The position numbers were made by a program, and so were the translations under genes. Shown here one piece after another: positions 27,951 to 42,650 of a stretch of DNA of 64,000 bases (position 1 is its first letter; each line of letters begins with the position of its first letter). The DNA is from the human T2T-CHM13v2.0 reference genome, Homo sapiens. Below the pieces are notes generated by a model that saw nothing but the letters and a program-made list of their open reading frames with translations, was not told where the DNA came from and made no database searches. The stretch lies in assembly GCF_009914755.1 (NCBI RefSeq), contig NC_060932.1. One strand, written 5' to 3'.

Positions 27951-29989
27951 AATAGTAATGGAAACAGAAATAAAACAGGTTAAAAGCAGAGAAAAACATC
28001 TACTTTGTAGAACTATTCTTGAAAATACTAAAATAGGGGAAGTTAATTATTACAAAATCAAATTTGTGAGTGAATTAAAACTCAATCTTGACAAAGTTTG
28101 TTTTATTAAATAAATAGAAAGATGGCCCAACATTTAAAATTCTCATAGTAAGAAAGTAAATGGTGACATTGTGACTTAGCTCAGGTTGCTGATTTCTACC
28201 CTAAAAATCAACTCTGAAATATATATAGAATAAGAGTGAAGTATGGCTCTGAGAAACTCTCATAACTATTGTGGGAAACCCTTAGGAGATCTGAGGCTGT
28301 TTTGAATTGAAGTATGTCAATATTGATAGAGTCTTAGTGAGGTAACAGTTTGAAGAAAAAAATTGGATTTTGGTATTGACTCTTTTTTCTCATTCTCTTG
28401 CTTTGAGCATGACCATTCTCTCCAGTTGGTATATTGAAATAGCACAGATGGATCTAATTGATAGATTTTTAATTTTGAACCCTGAAAATATAAATTACAT
28501 GATTTCAAATGCTTATGAAGATTTATATTTAAAATAATCTGAATATATTACAATTATATATTTTTCACAGAAATGGTACATACATTGAATACCTAGATAC
28601 TAATATTATGAAATGAAAAAATAATAAAAGCTACAAAAAACAAAGCACTTCAACCATCTAAATAGTTTGACCGTCTTGGGTAAAAAAATACAAACATATT
28701 TTAGACTACTTAGAACATCATAAAAATGTAAAAATAAAAAGTCATAATGAATGATATGTGACTAAAAACAACACTCAGACAATATGATAGCTTTATTGAG
28801 GTATATTTTAAAACTAGAAAAAAACAACTTACGCATTCAGCTGAATAAATGTGTCATAAATATATAATGCTTTTCAAATTTAAATAGTTTTCATACACAT
28901 TCAGACATATACAAATATGTATGTATGAATTGCACACGATACATATTTTAGGTATACATACATAATTATTGAAAGTTATTTTATGCATTCTTATGCATAA
29001 AAATATAGCATGAGAATGCTAGCCAACAAAAGCACTTTAGAGATCATCTGTGCAGAAGAAAGGGGGATACACTAGATGATGGTACCTCTTCAACTCTATT
29101 GATAATGTTTTTTGGCTTAAGCTACATGGTGTCTTTGCAGGTGATGTTTTTATTGCGTTATGTATTTTTACTATCTTAAATATTTAATAGTCATTTAAGG
29201 GCATCAAAATAAATGTGTCATAAGAGCATATTAAGTTTTGAAATAATTTGGTCTCATTTTCTACAGTCAGATTTTATTTTCTGTCTGAAATGCAGAGCAC
29301 ATCTGGTCAATCAATCTTTTCAGTAGCCAAGCACATTTTATTATGCCCCAGAACTGGGAGAGAGAAGGCTCCTATTTGACTAATTTGGGGCCACTCATGC
29401 TGTATATTTGGTTTAGTTTATATGGTACATCACTCATTATAACATAGATAACTAACTACTGACAATTCTGAGCATTTCAGTTCAGGACAGATGGCTTTAG
29501 GGTCAACAAATTTAACCAAAATAAACTATGTAACCCTTTTGCTAGTAGTTATTAATGTGTTCTCATACATACTGTGGAATGATGTATGAGAGCTTCAGCC
29601 TTGCTTATATCAATAAAAGATAATATGTGTACTCAAGAATGTTGGATTATATCACCCTGAATAATTTATTTTGGTAAACATTAATGTCCCTATCAAACTG
29701 AATTTCAAATATTTTACATTTTAATGATGGAAGCAATTAAGAAAGTAAATACATTCCATTCTATAAAAATGTATATCTTATTTTACTAATACAAACATCT
29801 ATATTTTGGTAGAGAATCAGATAAGTGATTTTTGTGGGTTATCATAATTAATCTTTTCAGTAATCTTATGCAATATATGTTCTTATTTACATTTTATAGA
29901 TGAAGAAACTGATTTGAAAATAGCAAATTTATATTTTATATAAAACTTTGCCTGAGTTCACATAGATAGTAAGTATACAGCAAGAGCCA

Positions 29990-31640
29990 TTTATTTTTTG
30001 ACTTATTCAAATATAACATACAGGACAGTATATAAATCATGAGTGTGAATTTCAATAGATTTTCCCAAATTTAACTGAAACATTACAACTACCTTCTACA
30101 TCAAGAAATAGAATTTGTCAAAAATGTCAGTCTCTTTATAACCCCTCAAAGTTATTACCTGCCCCCACTGCTAGAGGTTCATTCTCTTTATTTCCCTTAT
30201 TAGGGATTAGTTTTTTTTCTTCTGTTATTGCTATTTATATAAATAGAATCTTGCAATCACCTTATTTTGCATCTGTTTCCTTTTATTCGATACAGTGTCT
30301 GTGATTCATTCACGTTATATGTATCAGCAGCTTATTAATCATCGATGTACAACGTTTTATTCTGTAGATAAGATAGAATTTATTCATAGTTTCTGACATG
30401 ACATTTTGTGCATGGATTTTGTCATACATAAGTAAGAATTTAATGCAGGCATATAACTAGGAGGGATGTAACTGTGTCATGCGGTATGCTGTGATCAGTT
30501 TGATCAGTTTAGGTAAATAACCAAAAAATTGTTTTCCAAAATGACTATCCTCCTAGCCATTATGTAGGTTACTCCCGATCCTTGTCAAACCTTAGTATTG
30601 AGTCTTTTCTTAGTGTTTCTGCTCCATGAATAGTGATATTTCTTTATGTTTTTAATTTGCATTTCATTGATAACTAAAGAGATTGAGTACCTTCTCAAAT
30701 GTTTCATTTTTTTGGCCATCAGAGTATTTTTATTTTTCTGATATGCCAGTTCAAGTTTTGTTTTTGTTCTCTCTCTCTCTTTTTTTTTTTTTTTTTTTTT
30801 TTTTTGAGATGGAGTCTTGCTCTGTTGCCCAGGCTGGAGTGCAATTTCACAGTCTAGGCTCACTGCAAACTCCACCTCCTGGGTTCAAGCGATTCTCCTG
30901 CTTCAGCGTCCTGAGTAGTTGGGATTACAGTTGTGTGCCACCACACCTGGCTAATTTTTATATTTTTAATAGAGATGGGATTTCACCATATTGGCCAGGC
31001 TCCTCTCAAACCCCTGACTTCGTGATCCGCCCGCTTCACCCTCCCATAGTGCTGGGATTATAGGCATGAGCCACCGCGCGTGGCCTGTTCTCTTTTTAAA
31101 TGAGATTTTTAGACTTTCTGTTTAATTTGTAGTTTTTTATATATTTTGAATATTAGAGTTTAAATACATATAGAAGGAATTAAATGTACATGGTATTATA
31201 TATGTTATATAACATGCATTATATAAACATATATAGTAGATGTATAATGCGTCTGTATAATATATTACACATTATATATATTATACTATGTTTCATAGAA
31301 AAACACATTAAACCTGTTTTAATAAATTTAATAATTTATAATAAAATACATATTGTATTTATAAATTATGAATTATACATATGACATCTGTGATTTGCTT
31401 TCTCACTGCCTTTTGTCCTATGATTAAGAAATGTTTCTAATTCTTATAATGTCCAACTTATCAGTTGCTTCACTTATCATTGGTACAATTTGCAACCACT
31501 TCACTCTTTGCTTATCATAAATTTATGAAAACCTTTTACTGCATTTCTTCTAAACGCTTTAAGGTTTTCCTTTTGTATGGTATGTATCATGTGCATTTAG
31601 GTTAGCTTGTATGTTGACTTTACAGGTGGATGGTTACAAT
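29990..31640 (-). mobile_element. Old L1ME-type 3' region
   Basis: ttttaatttgcatttcattgataactaa; ORF track 30585-30875 includes [18 protein letters not shown] (L1 ORF2 C-terminal-like). Confidence 0.7.
30771..31085 (-). mobile_element. Alu (AluS)
   Basis: Antisense Alu, long T tract, TSD tgttctct. Confidence 0.95.
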
Positions 31641-34230
31641 AGTCTCAACCAGAACATGGAAACAAAGAGACTCTTTTCTTTCAGGAGGTTGGTTTCCTCT
31701 AGAAGGTTGCCTGACTGTGTACTCACAACAAACACAGAAAACCAGAGAAATGGTTTTCTACCGAACTCTAATATTCAGCCATTAATGCACTTGGTTTACC
31801 ATAGTCTATGTTTTGACTCTAATTGTTAACTTTTCTCCAAATGCAGTATCAAAAAATTAAAAGATTTATTGTCTTTAAAGTTACCCAAATGAATTATCTA
31901 ATCATGGCATCAAGCTGAAAGACTTGACTATCATATCAGGTTGAAATGAGTCTCCTGGGAAGCTACCTTTCTTGATCAGGAGAACACTCAAACTTAAAAA
32001 GATAAGTTATCTGTTTTCCACGTAACTAATGTGCAGTGGTTTTATGGTATAACCATCCATAAACAGGAAGAATTGGAAGCATGCAGCACTAGGCTGTAGT
32101 GACTCTAAAATGCAGCTGAATGGAAGCTGCCACATCCCCACGACTTTGGGGTTGGGGAATTGTCTTTGATTTCAGCCACAGTTCTGCTTCTTGTGACTCC
32201 AGGTTCATTGTTCTCCATGGTTCTTGGGTCGGCTCGCTGATACTCATTTCTGTTCTATCACACTTCTTGTCCTTTTTGAAGAAATTCCTGAAAGGATTAC
32301 ATTTTCCTTTTGGCTGGCAGTTTGAATAGGACACAGAATTCTTTAATATGAGATTGAGTTGATCTGAAGCTGATATCTTTGAAGGACCAAAGACCAGTCT
32401 TTGGGAGGGCTGATCTACCTCTGTTTCACCATTACTAATAAACTACAGTTCTTCCATGATCCTATTTGAAAGTGTGAGATATTTTTCATGGCCTCTCAAT
32501 ATACTGGGGATAAACTACAATTTTTAATTTCCTTACACCAGGAGACTGCCAAAAGCTAATCCTCCTGTCAGCCTCTTGGCTTCATACCTAGACATCCACA
32601 AATGCCTCCAGGGAAAAGTGACAAATATATTCAGCTAACTTTAATGAATACCATTTCTCTCTCGAATCATGGCCTTTTAACAACTGCCTGCTTTGGTAGC
32701 CCTGAACTCTACATTTTTATGTTCCTTCTAGCTTCATGAAACTGCTGAAAATTTGATTGAGATTTCTACCTGCTTAGCCACCACATTTTGTTCATTTAGT
32801 TTTCCTTGGTGGGGAGGGTTTTGAATTAAGGCAATGCATCAAGGTCAAAAGTAGAAATTTCTATTGTGCCTTTTTAGGTGGTATTGGGAATGTTATTCTC
32901 ACTGTGAAATATAATAAAATTCATAGTTGCAAAACAATTTACTTGTTATATAAATAAGAGGGAAAAAAACGCACATTAAAACCTTTCATGAAAATTTAAG
33001 CCTACACTTGCATTTCCGCAGTCTGCAATAAATCAAGTGTTTTGCACTTGATTCACGGAAGTTTTACAAAAAAATGTATCTCAAAAACCTGTTAATCTGA
33101 AAATTCTGTTTGAAAATGTATAATTAAGATTTAAAAAATGAGAATGGCAAACATGTCTAGATGCTTATTGTTTTCTTGGTTTATAAGAAAATGAGTGTCT
33201 TTATTAAAAATAACAAGAGCTAAGCTGGAATGAACATGGGCCACATTCTGAGTGCTGTTCTAAATGTACTATTTAAATGTTCACAATAGCTACATGTTGT
33301 TAGTCTCACTTTTCAGATGAAAAAAATCAGGCATAGTGAAAAGATATTTATTGCTCAAGGTTTGCCATGCTGAAGAGTAGCAGTTGAGATTCCAACTATC
33401 TTAATACATTCTCAGGTACTGTCAGGCCTTTCAATTAATGAAGGTCCAAGCCATTCCAACCACAACTTTTGGACAAACTGTTTTGCCAGAATGTAATTAC
33501 AAGAGTGTATCAGAAAGTATTCACATGGGTTTGTCAGACAGTCCATTTGTGTGGTGTTTATTAAGAATATGGACTTACTCTTCCTGTAGAACTTCTAGGA
33601 ATATTTCTAAATAATTCTGCCACTGATTATGTCGACACCATGTAATTTAAACATAATTTGGAAAAGCTGTTATATCTTCAGTGCCTTATAACTATTATAT
33701 CTCCACTGCCTAACATAGTACCTTGAAAATATGAGGCAATGATTAAATATGTATTCCTTGAATATAATATTTATTATTTATATTATGTATTGAATTGTTA
33801 AATGATCACTTGGCCTAGAAATTATAAATTTGAAAGAAAAAGTTGAGATTGCTGGCCCAATATTCTTTATTTATGAAAGGGTATTTGTGACACAAGGAGT
33901 TAGTTAATTTAAATAAGTGTGGCTTATGTACTAGTTTTTTATCTTAGATTGCGGGTATTAAACATGGTATTTTTAAATCTTGATACTAATAATTAGAAAA
34001 TACTTGCATTTCTTAATGTTCATATTAACAGAAAAAGTGAGAGAGGGACAATTAGTCAATATTCTAAACTATGAGACACATTAAAATATACTAAAATATA
34101 AGAATTATTAATTAATGTATTATTTTAATTAACCTCATATGAGATAAGATTGGTATTTTAAAATGCAGACTATTCACTGAAGTTTGTGCTACTGCAACGA
34201 GATAAATGTTTAAAAAATTAAACTTCAATC

Positions 34231-34525
34231 TTTCTCTTTTTTTGAGATGGAGTCTCACTCTGTTGCTGAGGCTGGAGTGCAGTAGCGTGATCTCGGCTCA
34301 CTGCAACTTCTGCCTCCCAGTTCAAGCAATTCTCCTGCCTTGGCCTTCCAAGTAGCTGGGACTACAGGCGTGCGCCACCATGCCCGGCTAATTTTTGTAT
34401 TTTTAGTAGAGACGGGGTTTCACCATATTGGCCAGGCTGGTCTCGAGCTCCTGAGCTCAAGTGATCTGCAGGCCTTGGCCTCCCGAAGTACTGGGATTAC
34501 AGGCATGAGCCACTGTGCCCTGCCT
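34231..34525 (-). mobile_element. Alu (AluS)
   Basis: Antisense full-length Alu. Confidence 0.95.
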
Positions 34526-34996
34526 AAATTGTAATCTTAATTCACACCCTACTGTTTAAGAAATTACAGATTGATTAATCTATAGAAATATATGACCCAA
34601 AATAAACTTAAAATATGTAATGGCAATCTCTTTAATATTGGATTGGAGAAGGCCTTCCAAAGGAAGCAGCAGAGACAAATTTCTAGGAAAATATTGGTAT
34701 AAATAACTATATACATATCTAAAATAACATTATGCCAAAACAGGCATTGGCAACGTTAAAAAGCAAATGGTAAATAAAAAATCATTTGCATTATATGACA
34801 TTTAACATTTTAATAGCTCATTGTTCACTTTTAAAATCTATAAACCAAAGTCAAATTCTCTAACATATATGCCACAGCATAAATATGATAAAACTCTAAC
34901 ACTGTCCTATTTTTTTCCCATAGCACTGCCATTATGTCTGCAGCACTTCCACTGCTGGATCTTTGAAATTTTGAAGAGCTTCTGGGTCATTCTCTA

Positions 34997-35413
34997 TGAA
35001 GTAGTTTGGATATTCGTCCCCTCCAAATGTCATATTGAAATGTGACCTCCAATTTTGGAGGTGGACCTAGTGGGAGGCGTTTGGGTCATGCGTTGGATCC
35101 TTCATGAATGGCTTGGTGTCCTCCCTATGGTAAAGAGTGAGTTCTTGCTCTGTTAAGTTCATGTGAGAGCTGGCTGTTTAAAATTTAAAAATTAATTAAG
35201 TTTAAATTATATTGTTCTCTCTCCCTCCATGTGACATGCCAGCTCCCTCTCTGCCTTCTTCGATAAGTAAAAGCTTCTTGAAGCCTCACTAGAAGCCAAG
35301 CAGATGATGGTGCCATGCTTGTACAGCCTGCAGAACCATCAACTCAATCTCTTTTCTTTATAAATTATTCAGCCTCAGGTATTCCTTTATAGCAACACAA
35401 AACATACTAACGT
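34997..35413 (+). mobile_element. MST (MSTB-like) MaLR solo LTR
   Basis: tagtttggatattcgtcccctccaaa...cagcctcaggtattcctttatagcaacacaaaac. Confidence 0.9.
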
Positions 35414-35449
35414 GCTGTACAACCTTCCATTTTAGCTATACCCACACCC

Positions 35450-36370
35450 AATACTAAGTGTTGTATATGCCCCTACTATATGATCTAACCACTGCACTCG
35501 TAACACTAACCAAAATGAAAGCATATGTCTTTACAAACACCTGTGCAAATACATTCACAGAAGCTTTATTTGTAATACTTAAAAACTGGACACAACCCAA
35601 ATGTCATCAAAAGGCTAATGATAAATTGTCATATATTCATGCAGTAGAATATTACTTAGCAATATAAAATAGAAAAAGATACATAGTAAAAAATAGATAC
35701 ATATCAAACTATGCAAGTCAAGGAAGCCAAACAAAAAATAGTACCTATGGCGGGGTGTGTTGGCTCATGCCTGTAATCCCAGCACTTCAGGAGGTCAAGG
35801 CAGGCAGACCACCTGAGGTCAGGAGTTCAAGACCAGCCTGATCAACATGGAGAATCCGTGTCTCTACTAAAAATACAAAAAATTGGCCAGCATGGTGGCA
35901 CATCCCTGTAATCCCTGCTACCTGGGAGGCTGAGGAAGGAGAATCATTTGAACCCAGGAGGTGGAGAGGAGGTGGAGGTTGCCGTGAGCTGAGATCACAC
36001 TATAGCACTCCAGCCTGGTCAACAAGAGTGAAATTCTCTCCAAAAAAACAAAAAAAAAAAAAACAAAACCCAACAACAACAAAAAAAAAAAAGAAAAAGA
36101 AAAAAGAAACAGAAACAAAAACAAACAAAAAATAATATCTATGTATGACTCTTTTATACAAAATACTGAAAATGCAAATTAGGTAAGTGTTTTGAGAAGG
36201 AGCAGGAGCTAGGGATTACAAAGGGACACGAGGAAACTTGTGAGTGACGTAAATGTTCATCACCTCGATTATGATTGTTTCATGGGTGTGTCCATATATC
36301 AAAGCTTATCAAATTATATAATTTAAATATGTGCAGTGCATTGTATGTTCATTAGATATCAATACAGAAA
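35450..36370 (+). mobile_element. Old L1M 3' end interrupted by an Alu
   Basis: gaagctttatttgtaata...acaacccaaatgtc...aaatatgtgcagt. Confidence 0.75.
35749..36126 (+). mobile_element. Alu (AluS) with ~85-bp compound A-rich tail
   Basis: Sense Alu; TSD-like aaaaaatagtacctat/aaaaaataatatctat. Confidence 0.94.
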
Positions 36371-37427
36371 AAACTAAGCATTTGTAAAGAAAAAATTAGT
36401 GAACTACTGCAATATATGGAAACATAATGAAGTCTGAAAAATGTAGTCCCAAAACACCAAATACTTCATAAACAATATTGGTAAAGCTCAAAAACAAGCA
36501 CATCTAAGTATAGTAAGTTATTGACAATGTTTTGTTCTTGATTTAAGTAGTGTGTCTACCGGTGTTTATTTATTTTTTACTTTAACACAGGTATGTTGCA
36601 TACATTTTTGACATTTTGCATACATTCTCATGTCAAATATTCACATGAGAGTAAAGGAGAATAAAATAACCAAGTGAAATCAATAATATAGCACAGGTTG
36701 TAATAATTATTATTCAGCAATTAGTTGATTTTGGATATTAGTATAGTAAGAAGAGCCTCAAAGCATTAATGATGATAGTGATATAACATCATATCGAGAC
36801 AAAACTTCTAAAGGGACGTATTATTTAAATAATATTTCAATATATATTTATGCCATCTTAATGGCTAGTCTATACTAAGATTTCCCAATATTAAATATAT
36901 GACACTGTGAAGTATCAATATTGTTTTTGATTTACAGTAATTGAATTTGCTTACAGACAACTGTATAGCCTGTATATTTTTATTCTCAGGCTTTTCATGC
37001 TATCTCACTGAAGCATCTTGAATATAAGATATATGAAAGACATAATAAGAAGAGATAACTAAGAATCAACCATTAATAGTCTTTTCAAGAATTAATGGTG
37101 CAAAACAGTGAATAAATCTGTTCATATTAATTAAAAAATGCTACCATTATGGCAAAAATTTTCATTATTTTTAATGTAAATAGAGAATTACTCTAGTAAA
37201 TTCTTTAAATTTAATTCCAATTTTAGATAAATAAAGAATGTTATTTGCATGGCATACAACAAGATGGAAACATCTGGTGTTTATGCATTTTCTGCTAAAT
37301 CACAGATGACTAATTATTTTCCATGTGTCAGGGAAAAAATTGATTAATCACCCATTCTTGTTAGCCTAATGTTCTGCAACTTACATCTATTCTGTTAAGT
37401 CTTTAGCTTTCTCTGTACAATCTGTGA

Positions 37428-37769
<342 letters not shown>

Positions 37770-37771
37770 TA

Positions 37772-37850
37772 ATTTTTTTTTTTAAATTTTACTTTAAGTT
37801 CTGGGATTCATGTGTAGAACGTGCAGATTTGTTACATAGGTATAAATGTA
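37772..37850 (-). mobile_element. ~80-bp L1PA 3' terminus
   Basis: ttttactttaagttctgggattcatgtgtagaacgtgcag, same family as 57655-58086. Confidence 0.85.
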
Positions 37851-37906
37851 TTTATTTCTATATTTAAAAAATTTCTTCAGATATCCTTGTACATTTTTGT
37901 TTCTAG

Positions 37907-38194
<288 letters not shown>

Positions 38195-38253
38195 TAGATT
38201 AATTTTAAAGTCATTGGACAAGCCCATGGAAATCCTTTGTGCTTTTCTTAAAA

Positions 38254-38394
38254 TTTTTATTTCATTTTTATTTTTGTGGAAATTAGGTCTCACTGTGTTT
38301 CCCAGACTGGTCTCCATCTCCTCATCTCAAGCAATCCTCCTGCCTCGGCCTCCCAAAGTGCTAGGATTACAGATGTGACCCACCACACCTGGCC
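38254..38394 (-). mobile_element. FLAM/AluJ monomer
   Basis: Single left monomer; TSD-like tttgtgctttt. Confidence 0.85.
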
Positions 38395-38539
38395 CCTTTT
38401 GTGCTTTTGATTGTGTGAACATGGATTAATTTGAAGAGATTGGATATCTGTATATTGTTAAGTCTCCCCATACTGAAAATATTTGCTAATTTATCTGTGG
38501 TTTTACATATATTTCAGTAAAGTTTTATAGTTGATTTAT

Positions 38540-39134
38540 TATTATTTTTGTTGGTTTTAAATATTGATACATAATATTGATACATATTTATGGGGTACAT
38601 GTAACATTTGTTTACCTGCATAGAATGTGCAATGTAATTATTGTCAGGATATTTGGGATAGCTATCACGTCGTGTATTTTTTATTTCTATGTGTTAGGAA
38701 TATTCAAGTCCTCTCCATATATTTTAAAATATAAAATACATTGTTGTTAAATATGGTCACCCTATTCTACCATTGAACATTAGACCTTATTCCTTCTAAC
38801 TATATGTTTGTACCCATTAACCAACCTCTCTCAACCCCTGCCACACACACCCTTTCCCACCTCTGGTAATTATCATTCTACATTCTACGTTTATGAGAGC
38901 AACTATTGTAGTTCTCACATAAGAGTAAAAAGGTGGGATTTTTTTCTTCCTGTGCCTGGGTTGTTTCACCTCACATAATGACCTCCAGTTCCATTCATGT
39001 TGCTGCATGTGACAGAACTTCATTCTTTTATGACTGAATACTGTTCCATTGTGTATATAACCACATTTTCTTTATCCATTCGTTTCAATAGACAAATGGG
39101 ACTGTCTTACACCAAAAAGCTTCTGCACAGCAAA
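38540..39134 (-). mobile_element. L1MA 3' end with a short inverted ORF2 piece
   Basis: tacatatttatggggtacatg 3'UTR; 39088-39134 is sense-strand ORF2 (IDKWDCLTPKSFCTA). Confidence 0.85.
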
Positions 39135-40073
39135 TCATTGTAGTCATCTTATTTTCTTTTTGTTTTATAAGTAATCAGACCACAAGAACCACACTCAGAG
39201 CTGATGGAGAAGACCCAGAGATCCTGAACTCTGAGCTGGATACAGTAATTGGATAGGACCTGGGCTGGACTTTCTTGTGGGGGTGTGCATATATACATAT
39301 ATCGGTATTTAGTATAGACTATGGCAGAGGTAGTTAGTTGTTTCTTTACATCATTCTCTATTTCTGCCATTATTAAAAGGATCCACACATTTTAGCTAGG
39401 CATATGTTATCTCCATCTTTGCTAAGTCTGCAATTTCAAATCTCCCTTGTATCTAGGTAAAGTATTATGACTTAAGTTCCGGGTAATAAGATATGAGAGA
39501 AAGGTACATGTATGACTCTCAATTATGCCTATAAGAAAAATTGTCCATATCTTCCACTCTTATCACCTTTCCATTAGCCAAAATATACAAGTGATATTGT
39601 GAACTATAGTACACATCTGAGACCATGATATATGAAAGCCAAACCTTGAGCATAACTTGGGAAAAGGACCTGGTTTTCAATACCACACAGCTGCCATTCC
39701 TGTCATTGACAGTTTATGCCAGGTAGTTACTTAAGAGGGGAAGAGTATCTATTTTACTTAAACATCTATTTCTCTTAAAACAACTGAATCTGTATGCTAA
39801 CCAATTTTAATTTGTATCTATTGAATGTTATCATTTGCTACAATATTAAAACTGACTAAATATACATTAAACATTTACAAATATAGTTCTGTACACCACA
39901 GAATCACAAGAATTAAGCCAAGGTTTTTGTTCATTTGTTTAATTATAAGGTATATTCAATCACATTGCTCTCCTAAACATATTACCAATAATATTGATCC
40001 ATAAGTAATAACACAGTGAGATTAAAATGTTTTATGCTATTAATACATGTTATTTTAAAATTAGAATATTTAT

Positions 40074-40378
40074 GGCCAGGTACAGTGGGTCACACCTGTA
40101 ATCCCAGCACTTTGGGAGGCAGAGGCAGGTGGATCACCTGAGGTCAGGAGTTCGAGACCAGCCTAGGCAACATGGCGAAACCCTGTCTCTGCTAAAAACA
40201 CAAAAATTAGCTGGGTGTGGTGGCTCAAGCCTTTGATCCCAGCTATTCGGGAGTCTGAGGCAGGAGAATCACTTGAACCCGGGCAGGCAGAGATTGCAGT
40301 GAGCCGAGATCACACCACTGCACTCCAGCCTGGGCGACAAGAGCAAAACTCTGTCTTAAAAAAAAAAAATAATAATAA
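40074..40378 (+). mobile_element. Alu (AluS)
   Basis: Sense full-length Alu. Confidence 0.95.
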
Positions 40379-40931
40379 TATTTGTTTTGTCCTTTTTAAT
40401 TTCAGTTTTTGTGTATACTTTATACTATTCACATAATATATTAGTATGTATTACATAAACTATACTTAAGTCACAGATAAAGTAAAAGACATCTAACTTG
40501 TTTGGTAAACTTTTCAGACCATGCCAAAACTTAGATGTTAATATTTATTAGCTTGCACAAGACCAGCGAAGCTGGAGATAAGATAATTATTGAGTAAATC
40601 AGGAAAGAAACAGAGCAAATACTTAAAGGCATGCATTATTGAACTGGTCACAGCTAGGGAACAAGCTTATCTGGTGCTTGATCTCACGGGAAGTCTTCAG
40701 AGAGACAAAGGAAAACTGCATCTCCAGACAGTTGGCTAAAGGTGAGAAACAGATATCATTTATTTACCAGTTATCATATTTCTTTAAACAAAATTGTTCT
40801 ACGGAACATCACGTGTGCTCTAATTCCAGATGGTGCTACCTGGCCCCTTCGAGACAGGTTGGCTCCCACCAAAAGAAACAGCACAAAGGGAGAGGGAAGG
40901 AGCTGAGACAGTCTGTTTGTGTGTGTGTGGC

Positions 40932-42522
40932 TGAGAGGTGACAGCGTGCTGGCAGGCCTCACAGCCCTAGCTCGCTCTTGGCGCCTCCTCCGCCTTGGCG
41001 CCCACTCTGGCCGCGCTTGAGGAGCCCTTCAGTCCGCCGCTGCACTGTGGGAGCCCCTTTCCGGGCTGGCCAAGGCCGGAGCCGGCTCCCTCAGCTTGCA
41101 GGGAGGTGTGGAGGGAGAGGCGCGGGCGGGAATCGGGGCTGCGCGCGGTCCTTGCGGGCCAGCTCCAGTTCCGGGTGGGCGTGGGCTTAGCGGGTCCGCA
41201 CTCAGAGCCGCAGGCCGGCCAGCCGCCCCGGGTAGTGAGGGGCTAAGCACCTGGGCCAGCAGTTGCTGTGCTCCACTTCTCGCCCGGCCTTAGCTACCTC
41301 CCTGCTGGGCAGGGTTCGGGACCTGCATCCCGCCATGCCTGAGCCTCCCCCTCCGAGCCGTGGGCTCCTGCACGGTCCGAGCCTCCCCCACCAACGCCGC
41401 CCCCTGCTCCGTGGCGCCCAGTCCCATCGACCACCCAAGGGCTGAGGAGTGCGGGCGCACCGGCGCTGGACTGGCAGGCAGCTCCACCTGCAGCCCCGGT
41501 AAGGGATCCACTGGGTGAAGCCAACTGGGCTCCTGAGTCTGGTGGGGACTTGGAGAACCTTTATGTCTAGCTAAGGGATTGTAAATACACCAGTCGGGCA
41601 CTCTTTATTTAGCTCAAGGTTTGTAAACACACCAATCAGCACCCTGTTGTCTAGCTCAGGGTTTGTGAATGCACCAATCCACACTCTGTATCTAGCTACT
41701 GTACTCTGGTGGGGACTTGGAGAACCTTTATGTCTAGCTAAGGGATTGTAAATACACCAATCGGCACTCTGTATCTAGCTCAAGGTTTGTAAACACACCA
41801 ATCAGCATCCTGTGTCTAGCTCAGGGTTTGTGAATGCACCAATCGACACTCTGTGTATCTAGCTCCTCTGGTGGGGACTTGGAAAACCTTTGTGTCCACA
41901 CTCTGTATCTAGCTAATCTAGTGGGGATGTGGAGAACTTTTGTGTCTAGCTCAAGGACTGGAAAGGCACCAATCAGCACCCTGTCAAAACGGACCAATCA
42001 GCTCTCTGTAAAACAGACTAATCGGATCTCTGTAAAATGGACCAATCAGCAGGATGTGGGTGGTGCCAGATAAGAGAATAAAAGCAGGCTGCCGGAACCC
42101 CCAGCGGCAACCTGCTTGCGTCGCTTCCTGCACTTTGGCGGCTTTGTTCTTTAGCTCTTTGCAATAAATCTTGCTGCTGCTCACTCTTTGGGTCCACACT
42201 GCCTTTATGAGCTGTAACACTCACCACGAAGGTCTGCAGCTTCACTTCTGAAGCCAGCGGGACCACGAACCCACTGGGAGGAACGAACAACTCTAGACGC
42301 ACTGCCTGAAGAGCTGTAACACTCACCGTGAAGGTCCACAGCTTCACTCCTGAGCCAGTGAGACCATGAACCCACCAGAGGAAAGAAACTCGGAACACAT
42401 CTGAACAGCAGAAGGAACAAACTCCGGACACGCCGCCTTTAAGAACTATAACACTCACGGCGAGGGTGCGCGGTTTCATTCTTGAAGTCAGTGAGACCAA
42501 GAACCCACCAATTCTGGACACA
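40932..42522 (+). mobile_element. LTR12C (ERV9) solo LTR
   Basis: TGAGAGGTGACAGCGTGCTGGCAG start and CCAATTCTGGACACA end; TSD TGGC at 40928-40931 and 42523-42526; CpG-rich 5' part; eight CCAATC; AGATAAG then AATAAA at 42077-42082; second AATAAA at 42163-42168. Confidence 0.97.
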
Positions 42523-42650
42523 TGGCCACTGAGCACTCCCTGCTCGGGGCTGCACCTCAGCAACAACAGAGGCTATGATACCGGGCTGGAGGGCGCTGAA
42601 ACGTTAGGTAAGTTGCTGCCCAGTCATGAATATGAGTGACGTCATAGACC
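42523..42650 (+). promoter_or_regulatory. Candidate first-exon end with consensus 5' splice site and CRE
   Basis: TAG|GTAAGT with exon end at 42607; TGACGTCA at 42637-42644; locally GC/CpG-rich unique DNA. Confidence 0.55.

Noticed and set aside
32089-32334. Opposing 81-aa and 69-aa ORFs
   Set aside because: No homology recognised; length within chance range; adjacent to decayed L1 sequence
41538-41960. Regularly recurring short motifs resembling a CRISPR array
   Set aside because: The intervening sequences are themselves repeated; this is the ERV9 U3 enhancer repeat in human DNA, with no cas genes
40978-42566. Overlapping GC-rich ORFs up to 182 aa and a CpG-island-like stretch
   Set aside because: Almost entirely within LTR12C; GC-rich repeats are depleted of stop codons
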